Positions 1 through 8,621 of a DNA stretch of 64,000 nt are shown here, piece by piece. Below the pieces are notes generated by a model that made no database searches, had not been told where the DNA came from, and worked only from the letters and a program-made list of their open reading frames with translations. A program made the position numbers and the translations under genes. The stretch comes from Patescibacteria group bacterium (GTDB lineage: Bacteria; Patescibacteriota; Minisyncoccia; Phycocordibacterales; JACOZG01): the NCBI GenBank assembly GCA_034658935.1, contig JAYEGE010000006.1, positions 24,912 through 88,911 on the forward strand, given 5' to 3'. The first letter of the stretch is position 1; each line of letters begins with the position of its first letter.

Positions 1-2253
1 TTTAATCTCGTAAAGAAGTTCATCGTGAACTTGGAGCAATAAATGTGCCTCGTCAGTAACCTTTTCTTCACGAAGCATTTTATCCACCGCGGTCATTGCT
101 AATTTTACAATGTCGGCCGCAGTTCCCTGGAGCGGCGCGTTCATCGCCATCCGTTCATTCATCGCTTTAACAAAAGGTAAGCGCGACTTTAACCCTGGAA
201 AATAACGTCGTCGTCCAAAAAGGGTTTCGGTATAGCCATCCTTCTTGGCGCCAGTAATTACTTCTTCGAAATAATTCTTGATCTTGGGGAAAGTCTCAAA
301 GTATTGATTATAAAAATGCTGGGCCTCTTCACGCGTCACCGTTTCCCCAGTAGGCGAAGAACTTAAATTCTTTTTGAGCGCGTTCACCCCCATCCCGTAA
401 ATAATACCGAAATTAATCACCTTGGCTCGACGACGCATTTCCTTAGTCACCTCCTCCTCGCTAACCCCAAAAACTTTTTGCGCTACCGATGTGTGAGCGT
501 CTTCCTTACTGTTAAAAATCCGAATTAATTCCCCGTCACCAGAGAGCAGAGCTAAAACTCGCATCTCCACTTGGGCGTAATCAAAGGAAGCAATCTGATA
601 ACCGGGTGTCGCCACAAAGGCCCGCCTGATCGCCTCCCCCCTCTTAGTCTTAGCTGGAATATTCTGAAGATTCGGATCAGTCGATGACATCCGACCAGTG
701 GTAGTGCCAGTTTGATTTAGATTGGTATGTAACCTGCCCCCCTTGTCTAATTTTGGTGGAATAGCATCAATATAGGTTGAGAGGAGTTTCTGCAATTCGC
801 GGTAGGCCAGAATTTCTCCAATGATGGGGTGGGCATCTTGGAGTTTCAAGAGTTCCGATTCGCGCGTTGAACGCGCTCCGCCGGCTGTCTTCTTCAGCCC
901 CTTGGCTTGGAGATGCAATTTATCGAACAAAACTTCGCCTAATTGTTTAGGGGAATTAATGTTGAAAGTAGCCTCAGCCTGCTTATGGATATTTGTTTCT
1001 AACTTATCTAATTCCTGGTGATGTCCCTTAGAAAGTTTCTTTAAATAACCCGCGTCGATTAATATACCCCGCTCTTCAGCCGCTTTAATAATAGGGATGA
1101 GGGGTAACTCTACCTCACGATAGATCTTCTCTAATTTCTTCTCCTTAATTTCAGCCAATAATTTCTTTTCCGCCCCCGCTAGATCTTTAGTGCCACTGAA
1201 TTGCAATATATCCTCAGTCTTTGGACTGGTTATATCAGAGTTCAGTAGCCAAAGAGCAATACAGAGCTCTTGCGGTACTACCTCCTCCTCAGTCTCCGCC
1301 GGGAAGAGTTGGTCCAGCTTGCCATCTAGGCTGCTTAACAAATTCTTAAATCTAGTTCCTAAGGTTCTAAACTCCAGCTCAGCAAATAATTTCTCCACCG
1401 GCTCCAATTTAGCTGTTTCTCGCCAAGCCTTACTGGGCAATTTAAACTTGATGGCTGCATCGCGGCGGATCGTCGCCAAGGCTTTAGAAAAAAGTGCCTC
1501 CTCTTCCCCCTCCTTAAGTAAGCCGATAACCCGCTTCTTAATACCCGCTTTCTCAAATTTCTCTTCACCCTTAGCCAGAGCCTTGTAGATTTGCTCGATT
1601 GTACCAAATTTAGAAATAAGAATCGTGGCTGTCTTATCACCTATACCTTTAATGCCGACAATATTATCTGATTGATCACCAGCTAAGCCCTTATAATCCG
1701 GCAAGAGTTTGGGACCAAAACTAAAGCGCTTCTCTACCCCAGCCTCATCATAAGTTATCGTCTCGCTCAACCCCCGCTTTAGAGTGTAAACAGTCACTCT
1801 ATCCTTATCTACCAATTGCAGAGTGTCCATATCGCCCGAAGCAATAATCACCTGAAGATCTTTATTGCCTTTAGTTGCTTCAACAATGGTGCCGATGATA
1901 TCGTCCGCCTCAAAGCCTGCTTTGTCGTAAACTGGAATTTGTAAAGCTTCTATTAATTCCCGCGACTTCTCTAATTGAGAGACTAACTCATTGTCAGCTT
2001 TAGCTCGTGTCGCCTTATAATTCTCGTAGACTTGCTTGCGAAAAGTTTTGTCTGCTCTATCGTAACAAGCCACTACGTAATCGGGTTTTAAATCACCAAT
2101 GATCCGCAGCAGCATGGTTACCAATCCGTAGAGGGCGCCTGTTGGTTCACCCTTACTAGAAACAAAATCGGGTAACGCATGGTAAGCTCGATGGATAATG
2201 GCGTGAGTATCGAGTACAACCAGAGTTTTCTTTTTATTTTCTTTGGTCACCAT
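1..2253 (-). CDS. polA: DNA polymerase I (5-prime exonuclease plus polymerase domains); C-terminus runs off the window start
   Basis: The minus-strand translation from the ATG at 2253 is continuous to position 1. It carries family A motifs RRRAKVINFGIIYGMG and VHDELLYE, and a 5-prime nuclease N-terminal region. The ORF track omits it because it lacks an in-window stop. Confidence 0.9.
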   Translation of the reverse strand, partial: MVTKENKKKTLVVLDTHAIIHRAYHALPDFVSSKGEPTGALYGLVTMLLRIIGDLKPDYVVACYDRADKTFRKQVYENYKATRAKADNELVSQLEKSRELIEALQIPVYDKAGFEADDIIGTIVEATKGNKDLQVIIASGDMDTLQLVDKDRVTVYTLKRGLSETITYDEAGVEKRFSFGPKLLPDYKGLAGDQSDNIVGIKGIGDKTATILISKFGTIEQIYKALAKGEEKFEKAGIKKRVIGLLKEGEEEALFSKALATIRRDAAIKFKLPSKAWRETAKLEPVEKLFAELEFRTLGTRFKNLLSSLDGKLDQLFPAETEEEVVPQELCIALWLLNSDITSPKTEDILQFSGTKDLAGAEKKLLAEIKEKKLEKIYREVELPLIPIIKAAEERGILIDAGYLKKLSKGHHQELDKLETNIHKQAEATFNINSPKQLGEVLFDKLHLQAKGLKKTAGGARSTRESELLKLQDAHPIIGEILAYRELQKLLSTYIDAIPPKLDKGGRLHTNLNQTGTTTGRMSSTDPNLQNIPAKTKRGEAIRRAFVATPGYQIASFDYAQVEMRVLALLSGDGELIRIFNSKEDAHTSVAQKVFGVSEEEVTKEMRRRAKVINFGIIYGMGVNALKKNLSSSPTGETVTREEAQHFYNQYFETFPKIKNYFEEVITGAKKDGYTETLFGRRRYFPGLKSRLPFVKAMNERMAMNAPLQGTAADIVKLAMTAVDKMLREEKVTDEAHLLLQVHDELLYEIK

Positions 2254-2714
2254 GAAATATTACGAGTATCTTCGTCAACGAATTTGAAATTGAGAGTCAG
2301 ATGGTCTGGCGGCAAGAGCCTACGGATCTTATCGGCCCACTCAATCATAATTAGGTTACGTTCATTGGCTGCAATCTCTTTCCAACCTAAATGTTGTAAT
2401 TCCTGAGGATTATCCAAACGATAGCAATCAATATGAATTAGGTGTTCGAAAGATGTGGCCGCCTGCCCCGGCCTCTGCGTTGGAGGTAATAAGTGGTAGA
2501 TCTTCTCGATTACGAAAGTGGGGCTAACAACGTTCTCAACAATCCTCAACTCGCGGGCCACAGCCTGGACAAAGGTGGTCTTACCTGAGCCTAAATCACC
2601 AAGCATGGCTACTACACGGGCCTGACCATGAAGTGGCATCTTACTCACCTCCTCCAACCATCGTTTAGCGGCGTCTGTGGTTTGCTGTAAATTACTGGAA
2701 ATAACAACGGGCAT
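2247..2714 (-). CDS. tsaE: tRNA t6A37 biosynthesis ATPase TsaE (YjeE)
   Basis: 155 aa with P-loop GDLGSGKTT and TsaE-like size and layout; it overlaps the polA start by 7 nt. Confidence 0.8.
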   Translation of the reverse strand: MPVVISSNLQQTTDAAKRWLEEVSKMPLHGQARVVAMLGDLGSGKTTFVQAVARELRIVENVVSPTFVIEKIYHLLPPTQRPGQAATSFEHLIHIDCYRLDNPQELQHLGWKEIAANERNLIMIEWADKIRRLLPPDHLTLNFKFVDEDTRNISW

Positions 2715-2788
2715 GGGGTAATTTTAGCATAAAAAAAGAGCGTCCCGATGTGCGTCGGGACGCTCTACTACTTGCTTGTCGGCATCAA

Positions 2789-3712
2789 CTAATCGTCGAT
2801 GTCGACGTCGTCGATCTCGCCGTTGTCCTCAAACTCGATCTTGACCTTAAACCCGTCTGGGGTTCGACCCTTGATCCAGTCGAGGAGTCCAGCGTCGCCA
2901 CCCTTCTTGTGGTAACGTCGACTCGTCTCGCGGAAAATGTGGGCCCGTCCTTTGTGGACAACTCGGCTCCACATCACCTGCCTTCTCCGCACCATTGGCC
3001 TTGGTTCGGCCCTTGGCTCAGGTGCTGGCCGGGCTTCTCGTCTCGGCGCTCTAGCACTGAGCACTCCACCCGCCGATCTTTCGACTTCTGAAGCTTCGGC
3101 GATTGGCATTGCTTCCTCGGCACTAGGCTGAGTAGTGGCCGCCAGAGCTCTTTCAGGCTCCACAGACCCCACACATATGGATGGTCCGACCACTGGCGGC
3201 GGCTGCATGTCGACAACAACATGTTCCACCACAAGAACCGGGCGTTCGACGTACACCGGCACCAATTGCTCTACTACCACTGGCCGGGGCCGGCGGAGAT
3301 AGGAAAAGCCAAAGTCTAGATAACCTTGCCGATAATCAACCCGGCGATCGCGACACCCAGAGTAAACTCTGTAATTGTTGCGATCATGGCGACCCTGATT
3401 CCGGATGGCTTGTCGAAAGGCCCAACTCCGGTCCCTATCACGTCGTCGCTTGGCGGCCAATCGGACGCTTTGTCGTCGCCGTCTGGAGATGCGTCGATCA
3501 TTTTCACGTCGTCGCTTGGCGGCCCGCCGGTCATTCTCTCGCCGTTGTTGGGCGCGGTGCCTATTGGCTTCGCGTCGCCGCTGAGCAGCCCTCTGATGGG
3601 ACCGGCTCACCGAATGCCGCCTGGAATTCCAACGCGGCCTTCTGTCGGCCATCGCGAATTCCGGAGCCAAGAACAAACACATGAGCACGCAAACAAAAAC
3701 TTTCTTCAACAT
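2789..3712 (-). CDS. hypothetical secreted arginine-rich repeat protein
   Basis: Signal-peptide-like MLKKVFVCVLMCLFLAPEFAMA from an internal ATG at 3712; the track start at 3763 is TTG. The product is extremely Arg-rich with repeated RRENDRR(A/I) blocks that derive from a nucleotide tandem repeat. No family was recognised. Confidence 0.5.
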   Translation of the reverse strand: MLKKVFVCVLMCLFLAPEFAMADRRPRWNSRRHSVSRSHQRAAQRRREANRHRAQQRRENDRRAAKRRRENDRRISRRRRQSVRLAAKRRRDRDRSWAFRQAIRNQGRHDRNNYRVYSGCRDRRVDYRQGYLDFGFSYLRRPRPVVVEQLVPVYVERPVLVVEHVVVDMQPPPVVGPSICVGSVEPERALAATTQPSAEEAMPIAEASEVERSAGGVLSARAPRREARPAPEPRAEPRPMVRRRQVMWSRVVHKGRAHIFRETSRRYHKKGGDAGLLDWIKGRTPDGFKVKIEFEDNGEIDDVDIDD

Positions 3713-3920
3713 TAGACCTACCCTTTCTTTGACAGAGACCTTTTTTACCCAAACTATAGCCAAGATACACTCTCAGCTACCTTTTTTCCATCTACTTATA
3801 GTCTGTCATATTTTGACCTCGCTGTCAAGTGCCAAATGGGGTCTAATCTAGGCCTCATTTGAACGAGTTTTCCACTACCATCGCTACCATTAAAGACGCG
3901 GCCATGATAGGACTAAGGTA

Positions 3921-5618
3921 ATGTTGAAGTTTAATGATGAGAAAGATAAGCAGCGCTTAAGTGAGCTCCACTCACAAGAAGCAGAGAGACTAGCCCAGAC
4001 CCTTGCCACCAAATACAAGCTCCCCTACATAGACCTCTCTAAAGTAGCCATCAATACCGACGCCCTACGCATCGTCCCCGAAGCAGAGGCGCGTGAAGGC
4101 CAGCTAGCCGCCTTCAGAGTTACTGGCAAGCATCTTTACCTAGCTCTCCGAGCACCGGCTCACCCCAAAGCCAAAGCAATCTTAAAAGATTTAGAAGCCA
4201 AGAACTATATCCTCGAAAAATATCTGGTATCGGAAGCTGGTCTCATTCGTGCCTGGGATCGCTATAAAGAGATTTCGAAATCAACCCGCACTGAAGCGGG
4301 GGTGATCGATATATCTAGCGCAGATATCGATCGTTTTATTGAAGAAATTAAGGACCTAGAGGACTTAGCGCAAATCCTAGAGAAAGAGAGTGGCATCGCC
4401 TTCAAAGAAGGGGGGATCTCCGACCTTCTAGAGATCATTTTAGCTGGAGGCATTAGCACTTTGGCTTCTGACATCCATATAGAACCTCAGGAAGGCAAGG
4501 TGCGAATGCGTTATCGCCTAGACGGTGTCTTGAAGAATGTCATCTTCTTCCACGAGCGACTTTATAAACAAATACTCTCACGAGTCAAATTAATTTCTGG
4601 CCTCAAGCTGAATGTTAAAAAGAGCGCTCAAGATGGACGCTTCAGTATCCGCCTAGCTGAAACTGATATTGAAATTAGGACCTCTATCCTCCCTGGCGCC
4701 TATGGCGAATCCACCGTTCTCCGAATTCTGAATCCTGAAACTATCGCTGTATCCTTCGATACATTAGGGATAGAATCCGCTCTACTTAAAATCGTTAACC
4801 GTGAAATCAGTAAGCCCAACGGTATGGTCCTCCTCACTGGCCCCACCGGCTCTGGTAAAACAACCACTCTCTACGCCTTCTTACGGAAGATCAGCACCAC
4901 CGCTAATAAAATTATCACTATCGAGGACCCAATCGAGTACCATCTCCAAGGTGTTAACCAGACCCAAGTTAACTCCAAGCAAAACTACACCTTCCTTTCA
5001 GGCCTACGTAGCGCCCTGCGCCAGGACCCAGACATAATTATGATTGGTGAAATCCGCGACTCAGAAACAGCTAAGATTGCCGTTGATTCTTCGCTCACCG
5101 GCCACTTAGTATTCTCCACTCTGCATACCAATAATGCCGCCGGAACCATCCCCCGCTTGATAGATCTCGGAGTGAACCCAAAGGTCCTCGATGCCTCCCT
5201 AAATATTGCCATGGCCCAGCGCCTAGTTAGAGTTCTTTGCAAACATTGCAAGGTCACCGACACACCAAACGTCGAAGAGAAAAAACTCTTAGACGGCATT
5301 GTTGCCGCCATTAAAACTAAGCGGCCAGATTTAGCTTCTCCGGACACAGACCAAATCTGGCGCCCAACAAAGGCTGGGTGTGGCCAATGTCATCACACCG
5401 GTTATCGTGGCCAGGTTGGTATCTTTGAGGGCATCCTCGTCGACCCAGCTATTTCCAAACTATTGATTAGCAATCCCAACGAACGAGAAATCCGCTTGGC
5501 CGCCAAACCGCAAGGCATCCTCGACATGCGCGAGGATGGAGTGATGAAGGTCTTGTCCGGAATAACCGACCTAAGTGAATTAGGCCGAGTAGTCGATATT
5601 CACGAAGAAATTCTTTAA
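3921..5618 (+). CDS. pilB: type IV pilus / type II secretion assembly ATPase (PilB/GspE family)
   Basis: 565 aa with Walker A GPTGSGKTT and the GspE-type N-terminal domain and C-terminal tetracysteine region (CKHC...CGQCHHTGY). Confidence 0.9.
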   Translation: MLKFNDEKDKQRLSELHSQEAERLAQTLATKYKLPYIDLSKVAINTDALRIVPEAEAREGQLAAFRVTGKHLYLALRAPAHPKAKAILKDLEAKNYILEKYLVSEAGLIRAWDRYKEISKSTRTEAGVIDISSADIDRFIEEIKDLEDLAQILEKESGIAFKEGGISDLLEIILAGGISTLASDIHIEPQEGKVRMRYRLDGVLKNVIFFHERLYKQILSRVKLISGLKLNVKKSAQDGRFSIRLAETDIEIRTSILPGAYGESTVLRILNPETIAVSFDTLGIESALLKIVNREISKPNGMVLLTGPTGSGKTTTLYAFLRKISTTANKIITIEDPIEYHLQGVNQTQVNSKQNYTFLSGLRSALRQDPDIIMIGEIRDSETAKIAVDSSLTGHLVFSTLHTNNAAGTIPRLIDLGVNPKVLDASLNIAMAQRLVRVLCKHCKVTDTPNVEEKKLLDGIVAAIKTKRPDLASPDTDQIWRPTKAGCGQCHHTGYRGQVGIFEGILVDPAISKLLISNPNEREIRLAAKPQGILDMREDGVMKVLSGITDLSELGRVVDIHEEIL

Positions 5619-5832
5619 CAATCGAGTATCTAAATCCCAAAGCAACCCCCCGACTATGTAGTCAGAGTTAGGTGGGGACGTAAGGATAGGGCGAGCAAGC
5701 CCGATTATAAATATAGAGGACAAACTATCCCGTCCTTTCGTCCAAACCCGATAAAGCTCCAAGGAGCCCCTGCTTTGGGGTTTAGGCACTCGATTAATAA
5801 GACCAACTGGAGGATATCACAAAAAGAAACCA

Positions 5833-6846
5833 ATGTCAAGTAAGCCATCAAACCCTTCACACAACGGGCATTTCCTAGATAGCGCTCTGCGGCCCAGTAT
5901 TTGGGCGGATTATATTGGCCAACAGAGCATCAAAGACAACCTGCAGGTACTACTCCAAGCCGCCAAAGAGCGTGAACAACCTCCAGAACACCTCTTGTTC
6001 TACGGTCCTCCAGGATTGGGTAAAACTACTCTAGCACATTTGATCGCTAAGGAATCAGCCGCCCAACTCAAGGTAACTTCTGGCCCAGCGATCGAGAAAG
6101 TAGGCGACCTAGCCTCTATTTTGACTAATCTCTCCCCCGGCGACATCCTGTTCATCGACGAGGTGCATCGTCTTAATAAATTGATTGAGGAAGTGCTTTA
6201 CCCAGCTATGGAAGCGGGCACCCTGAATATTGTGATCGGTAAAGGGCCGGGGGCACGAGTCATCCAACTAGATCTGCCCCCCTTCACCTTGATTGCGGCC
6301 ACCACTCGCCTGGCTCTTCTCTCAGCGCCGCTCCGCTCCCGCTTCTCTGGCGGCACTTTCCGTCTCGAGTTTTATAATAATGATGAAATTAAATCTATTG
6401 TTCGACGTTCAGCCAATATTCTAGAAACACCAATCGACGAAGGTGGATCTGAGGAAATCGCTAAGCGGAGTCGCTTTACTCCTCGGATTGCTAATCATTT
6501 CTTAAAACGCTGTCGCGACGTCGCTCAATTACGTAAGTCGACTATCGATAATTCAGTGGTCCGCGAGGCCCTAGCGATGCTTGGTATCGATGAGCTTGGC
6601 CTAAACGATGCCGACCGCAATATCCTAACTACTCTAATCGAGAAATTTAACGGCGGGCCGGTGGGCTTAAACACTATCGCCACTGCCACTAGTGAAGAAG
6701 AGGCGGCGATTGAAGATGTCCACGAACCCTATCTCATCCAACTTGGCCTTCTCGAACGCACCCCTCGCGGCCGCGTCACTACTCCCAAAGCCTACGAGCA
6801 TCTTGGTTTCGACCTACCAAAAGACAACCAAAGCAAGTTACTTTAA
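5833..6846 (+). CDS. ruvB: Holliday junction branch migration ATPase RuvB
   Basis: 337 aa with GPPGLGKTTLA and the AAA+ RuvB architecture (sensor and arginine finger region). Confidence 0.93.
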   Translation: MSSKPSNPSHNGHFLDSALRPSIWADYIGQQSIKDNLQVLLQAAKEREQPPEHLLFYGPPGLGKTTLAHLIAKESAAQLKVTSGPAIEKVGDLASILTNLSPGDILFIDEVHRLNKLIEEVLYPAMEAGTLNIVIGKGPGARVIQLDLPPFTLIAATTRLALLSAPLRSRFSGGTFRLEFYNNDEIKSIVRRSANILETPIDEGGSEEIAKRSRFTPRIANHFLKRCRDVAQLRKSTIDNSVVREALAMLGIDELGLNDADRNILTTLIEKFNGGPVGLNTIATATSEEEAAIEDVHEPYLIQLGLLERTPRGRVTTPKAYEHLGFDLPKDNQSKLL

Positions 6847-6858
6847 TTCCCCCACAAA

Positions 6859-6887
6859 GAATGTTGAACACCGAGTGTTTAACATTC
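6859..6887. repeat. palindromic element GAATGTTgAACAC-CGA-GTGTTTAACATTC (second palindrome family)
   Basis: Near-perfect 29-bp inverted repeat 12 bp after the ruvB stop. It shares the AAACAC-NNN-GTGTTT core with the element at 45792. Confidence 0.6.
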
Positions 6888-6890
6888 TAA

Positions 6891-6924
6891 AGAAAAAACC
6901 GGCAAGGTGGCGTCTTACCGGTTT
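6891..6924 (-). terminator. rho-independent terminator oriented for a minus-strand transcript
   Basis: Hairpin AACCGGcAAGG...CTTACCGGTT preceded on the plus strand by AAAAAA, so the U-run follows the hairpin on the minus strand. Confidence 0.55.
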
Positions 6925-7291
6925 GCTCCGACTGTAGTGTCAGAGTTTACTTCGACTTGATTACCGTTCGCCTAGCAAGACTCAGGCCGAACTGGACGGC
7001 ACATGAAGACATACTGACTGCTAGTACAGAGATCTGGCAGAGTCCTAAACGGCGATGGACACCCAGGCACGCCTAGAGAGCTGAGTAAATCTACGTGTCT
7101 GGTCATCAAGTCCCTGACATCTTCTAGTCTCACAAACTCCTGTTCCGCGTCCTCGGCTATACCGGCCTCCTTTCTACGATTAATTGTGAAGGCGGCCACA
7201 TAGCCACTAACTATTCCATTATTATTCCTACACCTCAAATCAATAATAGTCAATTCTAGCGGCCTCTAGCTTCAAGATATATAATCAATCT

Positions 7292-7834
7292 ATGTCTGGA
7301 CATAATAAATGGTCTAAAATTAAACATAAGAAGGGGGCGGCGGACGCTAAGCGGAGTAAATTATTCTCTATTCTTTCGCGGCAGATCACTATTGAGGCTC
7401 GGGGTTGTGGTGGCGACAAGAGCCACCCAGCGCTCCGCAAAGCCATCGAGCGAGCTAAAGCGGCCAATATCCCTAACGATAATATCGAGCGAGCCGTCGC
7501 CCGAGCAACCAGCACTGAGGCCAGCAGTTTAGAAGAAGTCCGTTACGAAGCCTATGGCCCTGGCGGCGTAGCAATGCTCATTGAAGGAATCACCGACAAC
7601 ACCAACCGCACTTCTCAAGAGATCAAGCATCTTTTATCTGAGCACGGTGGCTCTTTAGCTACTCCCGGCGCCGCCATTTGGGCCTTCACTAAAGTTGATG
7701 CAGAAACTGGATCATCATGGCAGGCCAATGCACCCATCCCCCTATCAGAATCGGAGAAAGAAAAAGTTCTCAATCTAATTACCACCCTGGAGGAACACGA
7801 CGACGTTAAAAACGTCTACGATAATAGTGCTTAA
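7292..7834 (+). CDS. YebC/PmpR family DNA-binding regulatory protein
   Basis: 180 aa with a typical YebC N-terminus MSGHNKWSKIKHKKG. Confidence 0.85.
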   Translation: MSGHNKWSKIKHKKGAADAKRSKLFSILSRQITIEARGCGGDKSHPALRKAIERAKAANIPNDNIERAVARATSTEASSLEEVRYEAYGPGGVAMLIEGITDNTNRTSQEIKHLLSEHGGSLATPGAAIWAFTKVDAETGSSWQANAPIPLSESEKEKVLNLITTLEEHDDVKNVYDNSA

Positions 7835-8309
7835 TATGCGAGTGCTCGGCATTGATCCAGGTTACGACAGATTAGGGGCGGCGATAATTGAACGAGAAGG
7901 CGGAAAAGAGGCCGTACTTTTTTCTACCTGTTTAATAACCAACAAGAAAGATGACTTGCCAGAACGTTATCTTTATTTAGGAAAAGAGTTAAAGAAATTA
8001 ATTAAGAAATATCAACCAAACACCCTAGCAATAGAAAAACTTTTTTTTACTAACAATAAAAAGACGGCTAGCCAAGTTTCAGAAGTCCGGGGCATGATTA
8101 TTTATTTAGCTGCCGATCAAGGTCTGAATATTTTTGAATACACACCACTAGAAATAAAAACTACTGTAGCTGGCTTTGGTCAGGCCGACAAGAAACAAGT
8201 GGCCGACATGGTAAAACAATTAGTGCACTTAGACGAAATCAGGCGGCACGACGACGAGTATGATGCCATCGCCGTCGCCCTTACTGCGCTAGCCCGAGAA
8301 CGTTTCTAG
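7827..8309 (+). CDS. ruvC: crossover junction endodeoxyribonuclease RuvC
   Basis: 160 aa with the GIDPG motif and acidic catalytic residues in the RuvC arrangement. Confidence 0.88.
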   Translation: MLNMRVLGIDPGYDRLGAAIIEREGGKEAVLFSTCLITNKKDDLPERYLYLGKELKKLIKKYQPNTLAIEKLFFTNNKKTASQVSEVRGMIIYLAADQGLNIFEYTPLEIKTTVAGFGQADKKQVADMVKQLVHLDEIRRHDDEYDAIAVALTALARERF

Positions 8310-8452
8310 ACCTAAGATTAGGCTTATCCACAGCCTTTTTTAAATTCAGTTGCAAAAAGCCGGAGGTATGATAAAAATGAGGCGTTCCAACAAAGTAAAT
8401 CAAAAAGGTCGAAAGCACGTATCATTTTATTAAGCATATTGGTAACAAACAA

Positions 8453-8557
8453 TATGGACGAAGATCAAATGACTCCAACAGACACTGTCGGAGACGATGA
8501 AACAACCAACATGGCCAACGACCTGGAGGAAGATACTGACGACGACGAAACTCTGTA
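8453..8557 (+). CDS. possible small acidic protein (34 aa)
   Basis: ATG ORF MDEDQMTPTDTVGDDETTNMANDLEEDTDDDETL directly followed by a strong bidirectional terminator. Too short for the ORF track and there is no clear SD. Confidence 0.25.
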
Positions 8558-8568
8558 AAATCGTTAAA

Positions 8569-8613
8569 TAAAAAAAACACCCCTCATCCAGATCTGGGTG
8601 AGGGGTGTTTTTT
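8569..8613. terminator. bidirectional rho-independent terminator
   Basis: Hairpin ACACCCCTCATCCAGATCTGGGTGAGGGGTGT flanked by an A-run upstream and a T-run downstream. It sits between the small plus-strand ORF and the tyrS stop. Confidence 0.7.
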
Positions 8614-8621
8614 GTATTTTC

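Noticed and set aside
1-2253. Plus-strand ORFs 821-1021, 1190-1588 and 2179-2406 in the first 2.4 kb
   Set aside because: They are entirely contained within the minus-strand polA gene, which has unambiguous family A polymerase motifs.
3181-3715. Plus-strand ORFs 3181-3684 and 3326-3715 opposite the Arg-rich gene
   Set aside because: They overlap the minus-strand gene, which has a clear signal peptide and codon-level tandem repeat structure. The plus-strand products are low-complexity with no start context. They are judged antisense artefacts of a G+C-rich repeat region, although this locus remains the least certain CDS call.
6890-7290. RNase P RNA (rnpB) on the minus strand of the ruvB-yebC gap
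   Set aside because: Only loose resemblances to the P4 and GGUAAGAGCGCACC regions were found. The latter falls inside the terminator stem, and the conserved AGGAAAGUCCGGGC and ACAGAAnCCGGCUUA blocks are not convincingly present. It is kept only as an unassigned candidate ncRNA/ORF region.
8326-8334. Perfect DnaA box TTATCCACA after ruvC, and another at 47143-47151 after the recombinase gene
   Set aside because: They are isolated single boxes; the first sits in the loop of a terminator hairpin. With no clustering and no AT-rich DUE, they are not origin candidates. The dnaA-dnaN spacer is preferred.
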